Shown here: positions 24,376-36,297 of the stretch, one piece after another
Layout of the letters: every line of letters starts with the position of its first letter
Numbering within the stretch: position 1 is the stretch's first letter
From: Entomortierella parvispora E1425
Taxonomy: Eukaryota; Fungi; Mortierellomycota
DNA: 64,000 bases
Assembly (NCBI GenBank): GCA_020891255.1
Contig: BQFW01000008.1
Span: forward strand, 1,798,001-1,862,000
Direction: 5' to 3'
The notes under the pieces: model-generated
The model's database searches: none
What the model saw: the letters and a program-made list of their open reading frames with translations, nothing else
What the model was told of the DNA's origin: nothing
Translations under genes and position numbers: made by a program

Positions 24376-27204
24376 ATGTTCAACATTAAGCGGTTCGATG
24401 TCGATGCAGACTCAACAGGCTCATCGCCAAGCACCACCACTGCTGCCCAGGACCGCCTGGCTAAACTGAACTCGAGACTGAACAAGAACAAGGCGTTTGT
24501 CTCTCCTACATCAGCGCCTGAACAACGCTCTCAACCTTTCAAAGACCACAACAAGAGTCGCCCCTCAGATACCAAACACTATGGCAAGGACCAGCCCAAG
24601 GAGATCTCTTACAAGCGAACTCGCGAGTTCGAGGAAGCTAGAGTGGCCAAGGAAGAGGCCAAGCGAGGCAAGAAGTGGGAGAAGAAAGCCAAGGAGCTCA
24701 AGGATAGTGATTTGATCCCCAACGATGTGCGACTTGCCATGAAGGCGGAGGCAGAGGCAGAGGCGGCAGGATTAAAGACACCAGTAGTACCCACACCAGC
24801 CCCTTCTTCATTACCGGCCGACTCTTCATTACAGGCTGAGGAGGACAAGGATGTGGACATGGAAGGCACATATGACGTAGAACCATCAGCTCAAGCTATC
24901 GACATGGAGTCAGAGGAGCAAGGATTAGGCGACATGAAAAAGTTCCTGGACGATGCTGCAGCGGATGCCGCTTTGGCAGATGTGGCGTTGGTCCCCTTGC
25001 CTTCTTTTGAGGCCAAGGAGATTTCAGCAACAGAGAAGGAGCGCGCAAAGTCAATGGGTGTACCGGACTGGTTGGCTCATCCTACAAAGATCGAACCCGA
25101 CACAAACACGCCTATTGATGCACCCATGTTTGGATTCTCGCCAAGGTTGATCAAGCAGTGCAAGAAGGCTGGAATCGAAGACTGTTTTGCAGTGCAAACG
25201 GCTGTCATCCCGGTGTTGATGAGAGCTAGACATTTGGGCGATATCCGCAAGGCTCCTGGCGATCTCTGTGTCTCTGCTCCTACAGGAAGCGGAAAAACTC
25301 TGGCTTATGTCCTCCCTATCATTGAGGTAAAGAGTCGGTTTAGGAAGGATTTTTATTGGCTTTAGCTCTCTCGGACGACCATGAGGATTCCATCTTAACT
25401 CCTTGCTTCTTACCTACCGTTCTAGATCTTGTCACAACGTGTTGTTACCCGTCTTCGTGCACTCGTCGTTCTCCCAACGCGTGATCTCTGCATTCAGGTC
25501 AAGGAAACATTCGAGACATTTGTCAAAGGCACGGATCTGAAGATTGCCACCTCGACCGGACAAAACTCGTTTGCACACGAACAAAACATTCTCGTGGGCG
25601 ACATCAACTCTCCTGTTGTTTTGGGCGGGCACAGTCGGATTGACGTCCTTATTACCACCCCTGGACGTTTGATTGATCATATCAAGTCCACACCCAACTT
25701 CACCCTTCAACATTTGCGGTTCCTGGTGATTGATGAGGCGGATCGTTTGCTGAACCAGAGTTTCCAGGACTGGTTGTATCACATCTTGACGGCCATTCAT
25801 CCTTCTGACAGGCGATTGACAGAAAAGGCTCATCACCACAGCCACCAGAGCGGCATGGATGCTTTGTCTCAACAAAATCAAATGTCAGACGACGAGAAGT
25901 TAGGACTGGGACTAGTTCAGATCAAGACGGATGCATACGGATTTCCAATCCACGACGCCATCGCACCTGGGTTCCTGCCTTCTTTCTTTGACTTGCCTGA
26001 ATCAGATGTGGAGGATTCCAAGGCGCTTTCGGTCCAGAAGCTGCTCTTCTCTGCGACCTTGACCCGTAACCCAGCCAAGATTGCCAGTCTTCAATTGTCA
26101 GATCCTCAGTATGTGGCTGTTCAGGAGGTGGGCGAAGCTGGAGAAGAGAAACAAAAGTATACCACGCCAGCAGGTCTTACGGTAAGTTTTTTTTTTTTTT
26201 GTCTTTTTTTTTGGAGATCTTTATGGGATTCTCTTTCTCATAAATACTCACTTTGTTTTATTCTTTATTTCTTGTAGGAACATATGATTGTCTGCGAAAC
26301 ATCCGAAAAGCCATTGATGGTACTGCACTTGTTGCATCATCTTCAAGTTCGCTCTGCCTTGTGTTTCACAAAGTCTGTTGAATCCGCCCATCGTCTTTAC
26401 AAGCTTATTCAACTCTATGAAAAGATTCGGACGAACCCTTCCTTGATGCCTGCAGCGTCAACACCCAAGGCAAAACAGGATGCCAGCAAAGAGAAGCGGA
26501 AAGAGGACGAGGAGAGTGACAGTGATAGTAGTGACAGCAGCGACAGTGATAGTGGCGACAGTGACAGCAGTGATAACGATAGCGACAGTAGCGATGATAA
26601 CAGCAGCAGCAGCAGCGACGACGAGGATGACGATGACGCATCTGATGTCGAGAAAGAGGCTGCAAAGGACGTGGAGATGGAGAACGTCGAGGCCAGGACC
26701 GCCACGCCACCACCCGAGGCAGCAGAGGTGTCCGCGACTACAGCTCTCTCCAGTACCAAGGCGATTGTGGTGGCCGAGTATTCTTCGGATCTCCCCAAGG
26801 CCAAGCGTCAGGCTATTTTGCGCGCGTTCAATGCTGGAGAGATCCAGCTGCTGATTTGCTCGGATCTTATCTCGCGTGGTATGGATCTTTCACCGGTTGA
26901 GAACGTTATCAATTACGATTCGCCCGTGTACATGAAGAAGTACATCCATCGTGTAGGACGCACAGCTCGTGCTGGCAAGACAGGAACAGCGTACTCGTTG
27001 GTGGAGATGCAGGAGGCCCGTCACTTCAAGGAGATGATCTCCAAGGCTGGCCACTGGGAGAAGATTGCTAGGATCAAGGTCAAGGACCAAGAGGTCAAGG
27101 ATCTGGTTCCTGCATACAAGGTGGCGCTCGAGGGACTGAAGGAGGTCCTCGTCACTGCCTCCAGGTCGAGCAGGAAGGGCCACTTCCGCGGCCACAACAT
27201 GTAA
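24376..27204 (+). CDS. DBP6: DEAD-box RNA helicase DBP6/DDX51 (60S biogenesis); exons 24376-25326, 25426-26181, 26278-27204
   Basis: FAVQTAVIP; [19 protein letters not shown]; VIDEADRLLNQSFQDW; KLLFSATLT; SDLISRGMD; YIHRVGRTARAG. The FAVQ/NQSFQDW variants are typical of Dbp6. Confidence 0.9.
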
Positions 27205-27575
27205 AAACATTAGAATAAAAACCTTGCATCGTTTAAAAATGGTGGCGTAGTGCATCGTCACGGAAGCGGATCAGGGAGTATGAGCTGCAAGCTGGACTGA
27301 CGCACGCAAAACGCGTTTCGTGTGCGGCAGCGGTGAAGACATGCATGCGCGCTCTTTTATTCATTTATTCATCCATCCCATCTCCACTGTTCAGGACCGA
27401 GTCAAAGGAGCCATCAGAACGGACACTCAAGGAAACTGATATCTCATCTCGCTAGGAAATACCTTCATCTCATTCAGGACTCATCAGAACGAACAACACA
27501 AAAAAAGAAACGCGATCGCTCTCTTTTTTTTCTTCTCTCCAGCATCTCTTCAACAAAAAACCATCGTAATCAGCC

Positions 27576-29008
27576 ATGGCACCCACAACGACCCCTCCTG
27601 TCGCCCCAGCAACCACCGTGGCTTCAGACAAGAACACACCCGCTGCGGTTGTTCAAAGCTCATCCGTGACTGTGCACCCTCTGGTGCTCTTGTCCGTCGT
27701 CGACCATTATAACCGTGTGGCCAAGAACACAAAGAAGCGTGCCCTCGGTGTCCTTCTGGGTCAGGCTCATGGAAACAAGGTCAATGTCGCCAACAGTTTT
27801 GCAGGTATGAGAAACAAGTCTTTGTTCATGCTGATCCAAGGAAATTGGCCTTAGTGTCTGTTTCCCTTTCGTTTTTGTCCTTTTCTTACTGACGTTTTTT
27901 ATTTTTTATTTTTTATTTTGTATTTAATGACCTACCTTAGTGCCTTTCGAGGAGGATGAAAAGGACCCCTCGGTTTGGTTCTTGGATCACAACTACGTGG
28001 AAGCTATGAACGACATGTTCCGCAAAGTCAATGGTAACGAAAGCATGATCAGGACCTAGCTACTTTGCCTCTGAGTACTTGCCTATTTTCTTGCATATTG
28101 ACTAGAAGGCTTCTGTCTTTTGTCCGATCTCGTTTGATATTAGCCAAGGAGCGCATGGTTGGATGGTACCACAGTGGACCCAAGTTGCGTGCCTCGGATT
28201 TGGAGATCAACGAGCTCTTCAAGAAGTATACGCCCAACCCAGCACTCGTCATCATCGATGTCAAGCCCACGGATTTGGAGATCCCTACGGATGCCTACTT
28301 TGCTGTCGAGGAGATCAGAGATGTAAGGAGACAACCCGCTACTGGACCGATAACTTTCCCATTGGATTTTTATTTTATCTTTTCTCGTCGAGTTTAACGA
28401 AAACTAACGTCGTCATGTCAATTGCCTTGGTATTTTAGGATGGAACTGCCACCACAAAAACATTCGTCCATGTACCATCAGAGATTGAGGCCGAAGAAGC
28501 AGAGGAGATCGGTGTGGAGCATCTCTTGCGTGATATCAAGGACAATGTCGTGGGAACGCTTTCTAACAGAGTGGGCGACCAGTTGAGATCGCTGAAAGGT
28601 CTTCAGCAACGGTTGGAGGAGATTCAGGAATATTTGGGCAAGGTGGTCGCCGGCTCATTGCCAATCAATCACCAAATCATTTACAACTTGCAGGATATCT
28701 TTAACCGTTTGCCCAACCTGGAGGATCCCGACACCATCAAGAGTTTCTCTGTCAAGACCAACGATCAGCTCTTGGTGATCTACTTGTCATCGTTGATTCG
28801 GTCCGTCATTGCATTGCACAACCTGATTAACAACAAGATTGAGAACAAGAGGGCAGAGGAAGAACTGGATGCAGGATTCGATAAGGATGGCAAGCCAGTA
28901 ACACCTACGACACCAGAGGCAGACGCCAAGGACGCCAAGGACTCTAAGGATGCAAAGGATGGAAAGGAGACGAAAGATGCTTCCAAGGATACCAAGAAGT
29001 CAAAGTAG
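27576..29008 (+). CDS. RPN8: 26S proteasome lid subunit Rpn8/PSMD7; exons 27576-27804, 27941-28033, 28144-28322, 28439-29008
   Basis: [15 protein letters not shown]; VANSFAVPFEED; WFLDHNY; [10 protein letters not shown]; [16 protein letters not shown]; [24 protein letters not shown]. Confidence 0.97.
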
Positions 29009-29309
29009 AGAAAAAAAAACGAAAGAGTAAGAGGGATTGAATATTCGGCTAGATGGACCAGAATAAACCAAACCTCTTGCGGGATGTACAACTATCAAAA
29101 TTCTTTAGTGCCTTTCCAGTTAAGGTCGTCATTGAATGCTCGTAGAGGAAGGGCCGTCCTTTCACTGAGGGAGTAAAAGAAGGGGTCACTAATTACGCCC
29201 CTGTTGGGATTGGGGTTTGTTGGAATTTATCGTGGAGAAAAAGGGTGCCGTAATTCTTCTTTCTTTTCCCTTTCTTTCCTTGCTATTCCAACTCCCTCTT
29301 CATTATATC

Positions 29310-29837
29310 ATGGCGGATCACTCTCAACCTCGACCCCGGCGGCAACGCCTATCCAGGGCGAGTCACCTCCTCTCCCGCCTTGGACTCGTCCTCGTCCTTC
29401 TCAGCACATTCTCACATTCACAACAACAACCCTTCCACCAAGACCTTGACCGGTTGGTGACGCTCAATCGTGACCACGCTCGCTACGACTCTCGGGACTA
29501 TGACTCTGCAGAGTTGTCCGCCACTGCCGTCTCGCCCTTTTGCAAATCGTTCACCTTTCTATGCCACATCCGTTGTCTCCAACGAGGTGACGCCAAAGAT
29601 GCCGGCAGCATCCTCGCCAATACCGACAGTCCCCAGAATCGAGGCGAAATCAATCGTTGTAGTTTATCGACGCCCAACAAAAAGGCCCCTGTCATGCGGG
29701 TCCTCTGTCTTTGCAACAACGGCGTCGACCTCACGGCCGAGATTGACTACGCGCTCGAGGGCATCGTGGATATCGCCGCCGCGGGGGGCACGGGCAGCAA
29801 TGCTGACGAAGCAGGACAGATCCATGCTGTAGCGTAT

Positions 29838-29874
<37 letters not shown>

Positions 29875-30497
29875 AGACCGTGACAAAACTCGTCACCGCC
29901 CCACCAGTGACCCAGACAATAGTCAAAACCGCCACCGTAACGCAGACAGACAGTATGTTTATCACAGAGACTTTGACGTCCACCACGACCCTCCATGAGG
30001 TCCAGACCGCCACAGAGTACCGTACCAAGACTGTCACCGATACCGTGACCGTGACGGCTCCAGCTCCAACTGCTCCTCTCACTGTGGAGGCGGAGACGGC
30101 GGCGGCAGTGACAGGAGCAACACCGGCCGTAGCGGAGGCTACGTCGACTCCAGCCGCGGTGGAGAGGAAAGTGTTGGTGCCGGAGCAAGCAAGAAATCCA
30201 TCAGAAGCCGTGGCGGGAGATGTCAAGGTGAATGAAGCGAATGACACTAAAGCAACAACAGCAGAGGATGCTCCAGAACAGATATCCGTTCTTGAGGATT
30301 CACCACCTTTGGAGGGAACGGTCAACAAGGACATTGATCATGTGGGCACAAATCTAGGCGATGTTCACCAAGAGGTGGAAGGTGATGGTGAACTGGATCG
30401 AGATGACGATGATAAAGATGACAGAGAAGACGAAGACGACTGGGGTGAGGATGACTGGGACGAGGAAGACGGAAACGACGCAGAAGATGAAAAATAG
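29310..30497 (+). CDS. Putative secreted/surface protein: N-terminal hydrophobic segment, 6-Cys module, Thr-rich stalk, acidic tail
   Basis: Single ORF. LLSRLGLVLVLLSTFSHS; Cys pattern C-x6-C-x3-C...C...CxC; poly-Thr encoded by (ACCACG)n; D/E-rich C-terminus. No family recognised. Confidence 0.7.
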
Positions 30498-30530
30498 GCA
30501 TCCACAAAGCCATAGACATTAAAACCAAAT

Positions 30531-32199
30531 TTATTCAGGTAGTAGATTGATGTCCTGTTCTGAGGATCCGCCTACGGATGCCCACGTAGTAGCGGTGTCC
30601 CAGCCACCTTGATCAGAAGGTCCATCATATTCTTGGAAGTTGACGACGACATTGTCGTTTTCTAGAGGATATTCAAGATCGCTACTGTGAGAATAATAGT
30701 CCTGTTCCCATTCAGGTTCATCAGTGTGAACGGACACCACCGGAGAAGGCACTCGGTACTTGAGGTCGTACTGCCGATCGCTTTCTGCCCAAAACTCGTT
30801 CTCTTCATCAAACGTAACCAGGTTTTGGGCAACATCCACGTTGACCAAAGGACTCTTCTCGAGAATCCTCACCATGTTTCCAAGTTTTTTGCAACGCTGC
30901 CTCGTGGCCTTGTCCAGCCAAAGGTCCTCCAAAGGCATCCGACCCAGCTCAACCGCAGGCCATACCCAAGGGTCCAAGCCTTCTCTTGCCCTTTCTGCAT
31001 TTTCCTTGTCTTGCTCTTCCTGGGATGGAGGTGGGAGAGGTCGTGTTCTTGCAATGCGCTCGAGAATGTATGCCACCGTGTCCTCATCCGTATGAACTTT
31101 GTCGTACGTTGGAAAGACGATTTTTGTAAAGAGGGTATAGACCTCTTCTGTAGCAGTCATCCGAGGCGCTCGGGATGGATTCATGTCTCTGAGGACCCCC
31201 ACTTGAGTACAGCATCCGACCAAAGGATCTTGGTTTAAAAGCCTACCGACGCCTGTAAACTCGACGCTGTAGCCATACTTGTCCGCAGCCTCTTGGCACC
31301 TGTTGTTGGTTATGTGACAATGTTAGCGTACAGCAACAGCAAAAACAGCATGCCAAGCGAATCGGAAGGATATCAAAAAAACTACCAGGTTTGAAACTCT
31401 TGACGCGTCCATTCAAATCGATGGTCATCATTTCGTAGAATGGCGTTCTCGGTACCATAGTTGAGTTGTGGAAAGTAGATGTTGAATTCCGCATTGGGCG
31501 TCGATACGATGACCAGTTTTGGCTTGAGTGTCCCCAAGACCACGCCCCAGAATTCGTCCAGCACTTCAGGGTCCAAATGTTCCACTCTGTATTGACAATC
31601 AAACAGAGCAGTTGTTAGTTACTCTCTCACAGAAACAAATGAAAAGGTCTGCGCACACACTTACACCTCCATGCACGCCAGCGCGTCAAATCCCAAAAGC
31701 CTTTTGTCTGCCTGGGCCACAGAGCCTTTAAACAACTCGACTTCAAGATTATGAACGCGTACATTTTCACCGAGCTCATAGTCCTGTGGCTGGCATTGAT
31801 GGCTGGCCTGGGCAAGGCTGTCGGCGTCCATGTCCACACCCGCGAGTCGAGTGACAGGGTAGTCCCCGTCTGTTTCCGAGATCAAAAACGACGTCAAAGC
31901 GGCTTCTCCACAGCCAAAATCTATGATCTGTTGATATCAATCGGGCGCGTTCAATAATCTAGCCCTTTTTTGTTTCTGCACAAAAGGCAAAGTAGTAGAA
32001 AATGAGGAGAGAGGGAGGACAAAAAAAGTCTTACTGAGGTGGCATGCTCCTTGTCGAGGATACTTCGGGCGAGATTGCGCCGCTGCTGCCAGAGTGGAGG
32101 AAAGAAGCGAGCCTCCTCAGATGCCTCGGTTGCGGCGACGGCATCGATCGCCTCTTGAGCCAGAGTGCCCTCGTCAGCTTTCTCTACTGGGGAGCTCAT
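30531..32199 (-). CDS. HEN1: Small-RNA 3'-terminal 2'-O-methyltransferase (Hen1/HENMT1); exons 32199-32035, 31927-31665, 31586-31386, 31299-30531
   Basis: FFPPLWQQRR (Hen1 FxPPL motif); spliced IIDFGCGE SAM motif; EVVEHL metal motif; STPNAEFN; RNDDHRFEWTRQEFQTW; YSVEFTGVG. Confidence 0.92.
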
Positions 32200-32561
32200 T
32201 GTGCTTTGAATGAGAAGAGTGGCCAGATGCAGCGGAAGAAGGAATGCAATGCAGGCAGACGATGAGTGTCTAGTCAGTCAGGGTCCCGAGAAGTGCAATG
32301 AACTTGGGGGAAGGGGAGAAAGGGTCAAAGGAGAGCAAAGGAGAAAGGAACGAAGACGGTCAAGGAAAGAGCGACAAAAAGCGCGTTGTAGTCACATGAT
32401 CCCTTTGGGCTTTGCACCGTTTTTTGTCCGCTCCTGGTCCTGCCACGCATCATTCAGTCCTCTGGACATCTTCCGCCATCGACCTCGACCTCGACCTCGA
32501 CCTCTTCTCTCTCTTTCTGGAACAAGCACCGTGTCCTACTCCGCCGGAAATCTGTCTCATC

Positions 32562-33543
32562 ATGATCAAGTCTGTCCTCATCTTCAACAACCATGGCAAC
32601 CCACGGCTGACAAAGTTCTACCAGCCCATTGTACGGGAAACTTGGCTCTTTATTTTTTCAATGGAATGGCATGCATGCAGGGAGCAATCCGATGCTCGGG
32701 TCCAGAACCAGTATGTGGCCTAATCGACTTTCCGACTCTTTCGACCTTTTTCTCATTGTAGGACATTGCAACACAACAAGCGCTCATCAAGGAGATCTTT
32801 AGCCTCATCTCAAAACGACCCGATACGGTATGCAATTTCTTGGAGGGAAGCCAGATGCTGGGAGGGCAAGATACCCGGGTGATCTACCGTCACTATGCCA
32901 CCCTCTACTTTGTGTTTGTAGTCGACGAGTCAGAGAGTGAGCTCGGCATCTTGGACCTGATTCAGGTAAACAGCGGGAGACCTTTTTTTTTTTTTTTTTT
33001 TTTTTTTGGTCTTTTTTTCCATTTGGATCATTTTCGACCATTGATTATCTAATTACCTATTACGTCCAATTTTGCCATTTTTTTTCTTTCTTCGGACAGG
33101 TTTTTGTCGAGAGCTTGGATAGATGCTTTGAGAATGTCTGCGAACTGGACCTGGTATGTTGATTCGACTCGAAATGGCAGGATGATACCAAGCGTTGGAT
33201 CTTGATGTTGATACAATCTTTTCGCGATTTCCTTGTATAGATCTTTCACTTCAAGGAAGTTCATGACATCCTTGCAGAAATCGTTACAGGAGGAATGGTA
33301 AGGGAGCTAGATATCAGGCGGATGGAGGGGATTGAAAAGGAAGGAAGCAAGGGCGGGCAGCAGGCAGCTAACAAGTTGTAACGGAGGAGGAAAAGTTCCG
33401 CTAAACACTAATCTATTCATTTGTATGTCCTTTGATAACAGGTTCTGGAAACCGACATTGGAGATATTGTAGCGGCAGTACAGGAATCAGGGAAGCTTTT
33501 GAAGAAGCCATCAGGACTCTTGGCACAAAAATCTCCATTTTGA
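32562..33543 (+). CDS. APS3: AP-3 adaptor complex sigma subunit; exons 32562-32630, 32762-32965, 33100-33153, 33241-33297, 33442-33543
   Basis: MIKSVLIFNNHGNPRLTKFY; IYRHYATLYFVFVVDESESELGILDLIQ|VFVESLDRCFENVCELDL|IFH; GGM|VLET. These match sigma-3 rather than sigma-1 or sigma-2. Confidence 0.93.
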
Positions 33544-33745
33544 ACGGGAGCAATACATACGGCAAATTAAAAAACGATCGCTTTTATAGCAAAACCATCT
33601 GTGTTAAGTATCGCCGGATGGAATTGTCGTGTCAACATGTTCATAGGAGGGCAGTATAAAATAAATAAGGAGGTCTCGGAAGATCTGCCAGAGAATAGGG
33701 AAAGAGGGAGAAAAAAAAAGGAAAAAAAAAAAAGAGCAGAGAATC

Positions 33746-35609
33746 TCATCCCCACCAGGCCTTGGAGCAGCCTCTGTCAGGCACTTTGGGAAGGAAGGAC
33801 AATTGAGGACGATCACGCATGATAAAGTCGATGGCGGCTCTGGTCATACAAGCAGGAGCATTCAGAATCGCTTTGCGGAAGAGGCGACCCAGAAAAGTCT
33901 ATGAACAAGATGGCCGGGAAAAAGTTAGCTTTATCATCTCGACTTGTTTGAAAGATGATAACCCGCAGGCCATGGAAAAGAACTTACTGGAGCAGTCAGG
34001 AAGGCACCAAAGCATCGGGAGCCATAGACAGCCTTGCTTGCAGCAGTCGATCGTTGGGCGCGATATTCCTCAAAGACCTTTTCAAAGTCCTCAGTCCGAT
34101 GGGAAGTCATACCGTAAAGCAGGTTAGACAGGCAGGCGCTGTCGAGCATGGCGTGGACCGCGCCTTGTCCGGCAAAAGGCAGCATCTGGATGGGATTGAA
34201 AGAATAGACACCAGTTAATCATTTTGCTTTCGTGTCCAAGAACATGGACAAAGCGAATAAACTTGTCTTTCGCGGATGGGCTCCTTACCTTATGGCAGGC
34301 TGAAAAAGTTGCAATATTACAGAAGGGAGGTTAAGTCAGTCTCCTGCTAAGGAAATGGAATGCTCCTTTGGTGTTTACATTTCAAGCAATAAAAAGTAAA
34401 AAAGCACTTACCATCTCCAATGAGAACAACGCGCTTGGAGTGCCAGGTCTCAAAAGTCTTGTCCTCAAGAAGGACTGCAGAGACCATATCTGGCTGGGTC
34501 GACCCAACAATGTCTCCTAGTTTAAGCCCATAGACAGTTGGAATGCCTTCGACCCTTTTCTGCAGATCTTGAGTGACCGTCGAGTTGCTGCCCCACCATC
34601 GCTCCGCCTTGGCCATGGTCTCCTTCTCGGGATTGCTTTCGTAGCTTTGACCGTAGCACCAAGCAATCCTGTTGTTGACAAGTGGACTAAGCCAAATCTG
34701 TCCAAGATGCCAGAGATTTGGCGGTAGAAGCGACAAGCCAAAAAAAAAAAAAAAGAGTTAATTGAGACACGATTGTAGCCATGGGGATAGGGACGACCAA
34801 AAGAGTAGACGTACCAAACGGCCATCTTCACACACGATAAGCTCAAATCCGGAGAATGTCTTTCCAGTTGCTGGGATCTCTTTGGAGTCGTACACCTGGG
34901 AGACCCCCAGGACACAAACGTAGGAAAGATCCAACGGCTGGGAATCAAAGATTGGAAGCTTTTGCTGGCGCTGCAATCGATCGTACAAGCAGTCGCGCAC
35001 ACTCGAATACGCGCCGTCTGCTCCCACCAAGATGTCGCCGCGGTACACTGTTCCATCCTTGCAACGGCAGAGGACTCCGCCCGCACGTGTACGCGGAGGG
35101 CGACGCCGTCCTCCCTTGCCACGGGATTTCTTTGTCGGGGACCTTGGGCTCGTCGGTGTTGTAGGTGAGGAGGGCGAAAGAGGACTTGGTTCTTCATCTT
35201 CGTCCAATTCAATCACATCGATGACTTGTTTCTGAAGAAGGATCTTTTCCGACGGGACCCGGGCCTTTAGGATATCGTAAAGCTCTGGACGGGACATGAC
35301 CAAACCGTAGTAGCCATAGTGCTCCTCGCCAAACATAAAGTCCATTTCACCGACCGTGGAAAGGTCTTCGCGACTAAGACGGATGCCGCCTATGGGCTTT
35401 GCAATGTTCTCGATCTCCGAGAGGAGACCGAGTTGTTCCAAGAGTCGGAGAATGCAGGCGTTCAGACCGATGGCACTGCCCGTTGATTGAAGACAGGCAG
35501 ATCGTTCGAGGATCAGGTAATCGATTTTGGCGGCCTCAAAGATGATGGCGAGCATGAGTCCTCCAATACCTCCACCGGCAATGAGGACTCGAAGATTGTT
35601 GGGTGGCAT
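33746..35609 (-). CDS. FAD-dependent monooxygenase (FAD_binding_3, aromatic-hydroxylase-like); exons 35609-34815, 34697-34412, 34299-34289, 34185-33988, 33898-33746
   Basis: Rossmann motif VLIAGGGIGG; DG motif DILVGADGAYS; GD motif assembled across an 11-nt exon as VVLIGD|ACHK|MLPFAGQGA. Confidence 0.9.
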
Positions 35610-36297
35610 TGCTAAATTGGAATGGGGAATACGTTGTTGTTTGTTGAAGAGGAGAGTTGACAACGAAGAGAAAAAAAAAGTAAAGACCAAAAATCCGACA
35701 AGCAATTTATAGATGAATCACAGGGAGGGAGGGAGGGAGGAAGGAAGGTATGGAAGGAAAGAGATACACTCCAAAACCCCTGCCAGAGGAAGTCTGACCA
35801 TGGAGCAAGAGATTGAGTGAATGAAAAGTAGGAGGTCGCGTCAGAAATGGATGCATGGACACAAGAAAGAGTTTCCTGATTAGGCAACATCCCCCATGTG
35901 CAGCAACATGGATGTGCGCTCGGCCCGCCTCTTCTTTGTTGCGCGCTGTCCTCTTGCCACCAAGATGTTGCTCTCATGGTCTGAGAGCCAGACTGGACTG
36001 ATCTAGAGTCAAGGCGCTCTTTGTTCTCTAGAAACCCAATCCTATTTGGATCGTCAATCAATGCGGCCACACTGCATGTCGCATTAACGTTAACTGGTTG
36101 GTGTCAACCTTCCCTCCCTTTCCTTCCTAAAAGAAGCAAGTTCATCTCCCGCACCCCTTGGATGTTGCACCCCTGGCTGCTGTAAATCGTTGGCAGAGTA
36201 CATGCGCTTCGCCGATTCGACTGCACAATTGGCCGTTAGGACCTGACTCAGCTTCATGGTGAAAATTACATTATCTATGAACCGTCAAAAGTGAGCT

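Noticed and set aside
27241-27247. GGTGGCG upstream of RPN8 as an Rpn4/PACE site
   Set aside because: Only a partial match to GGTGGCAAA, lying in the DBP6 3' region; too short to distinguish from chance.
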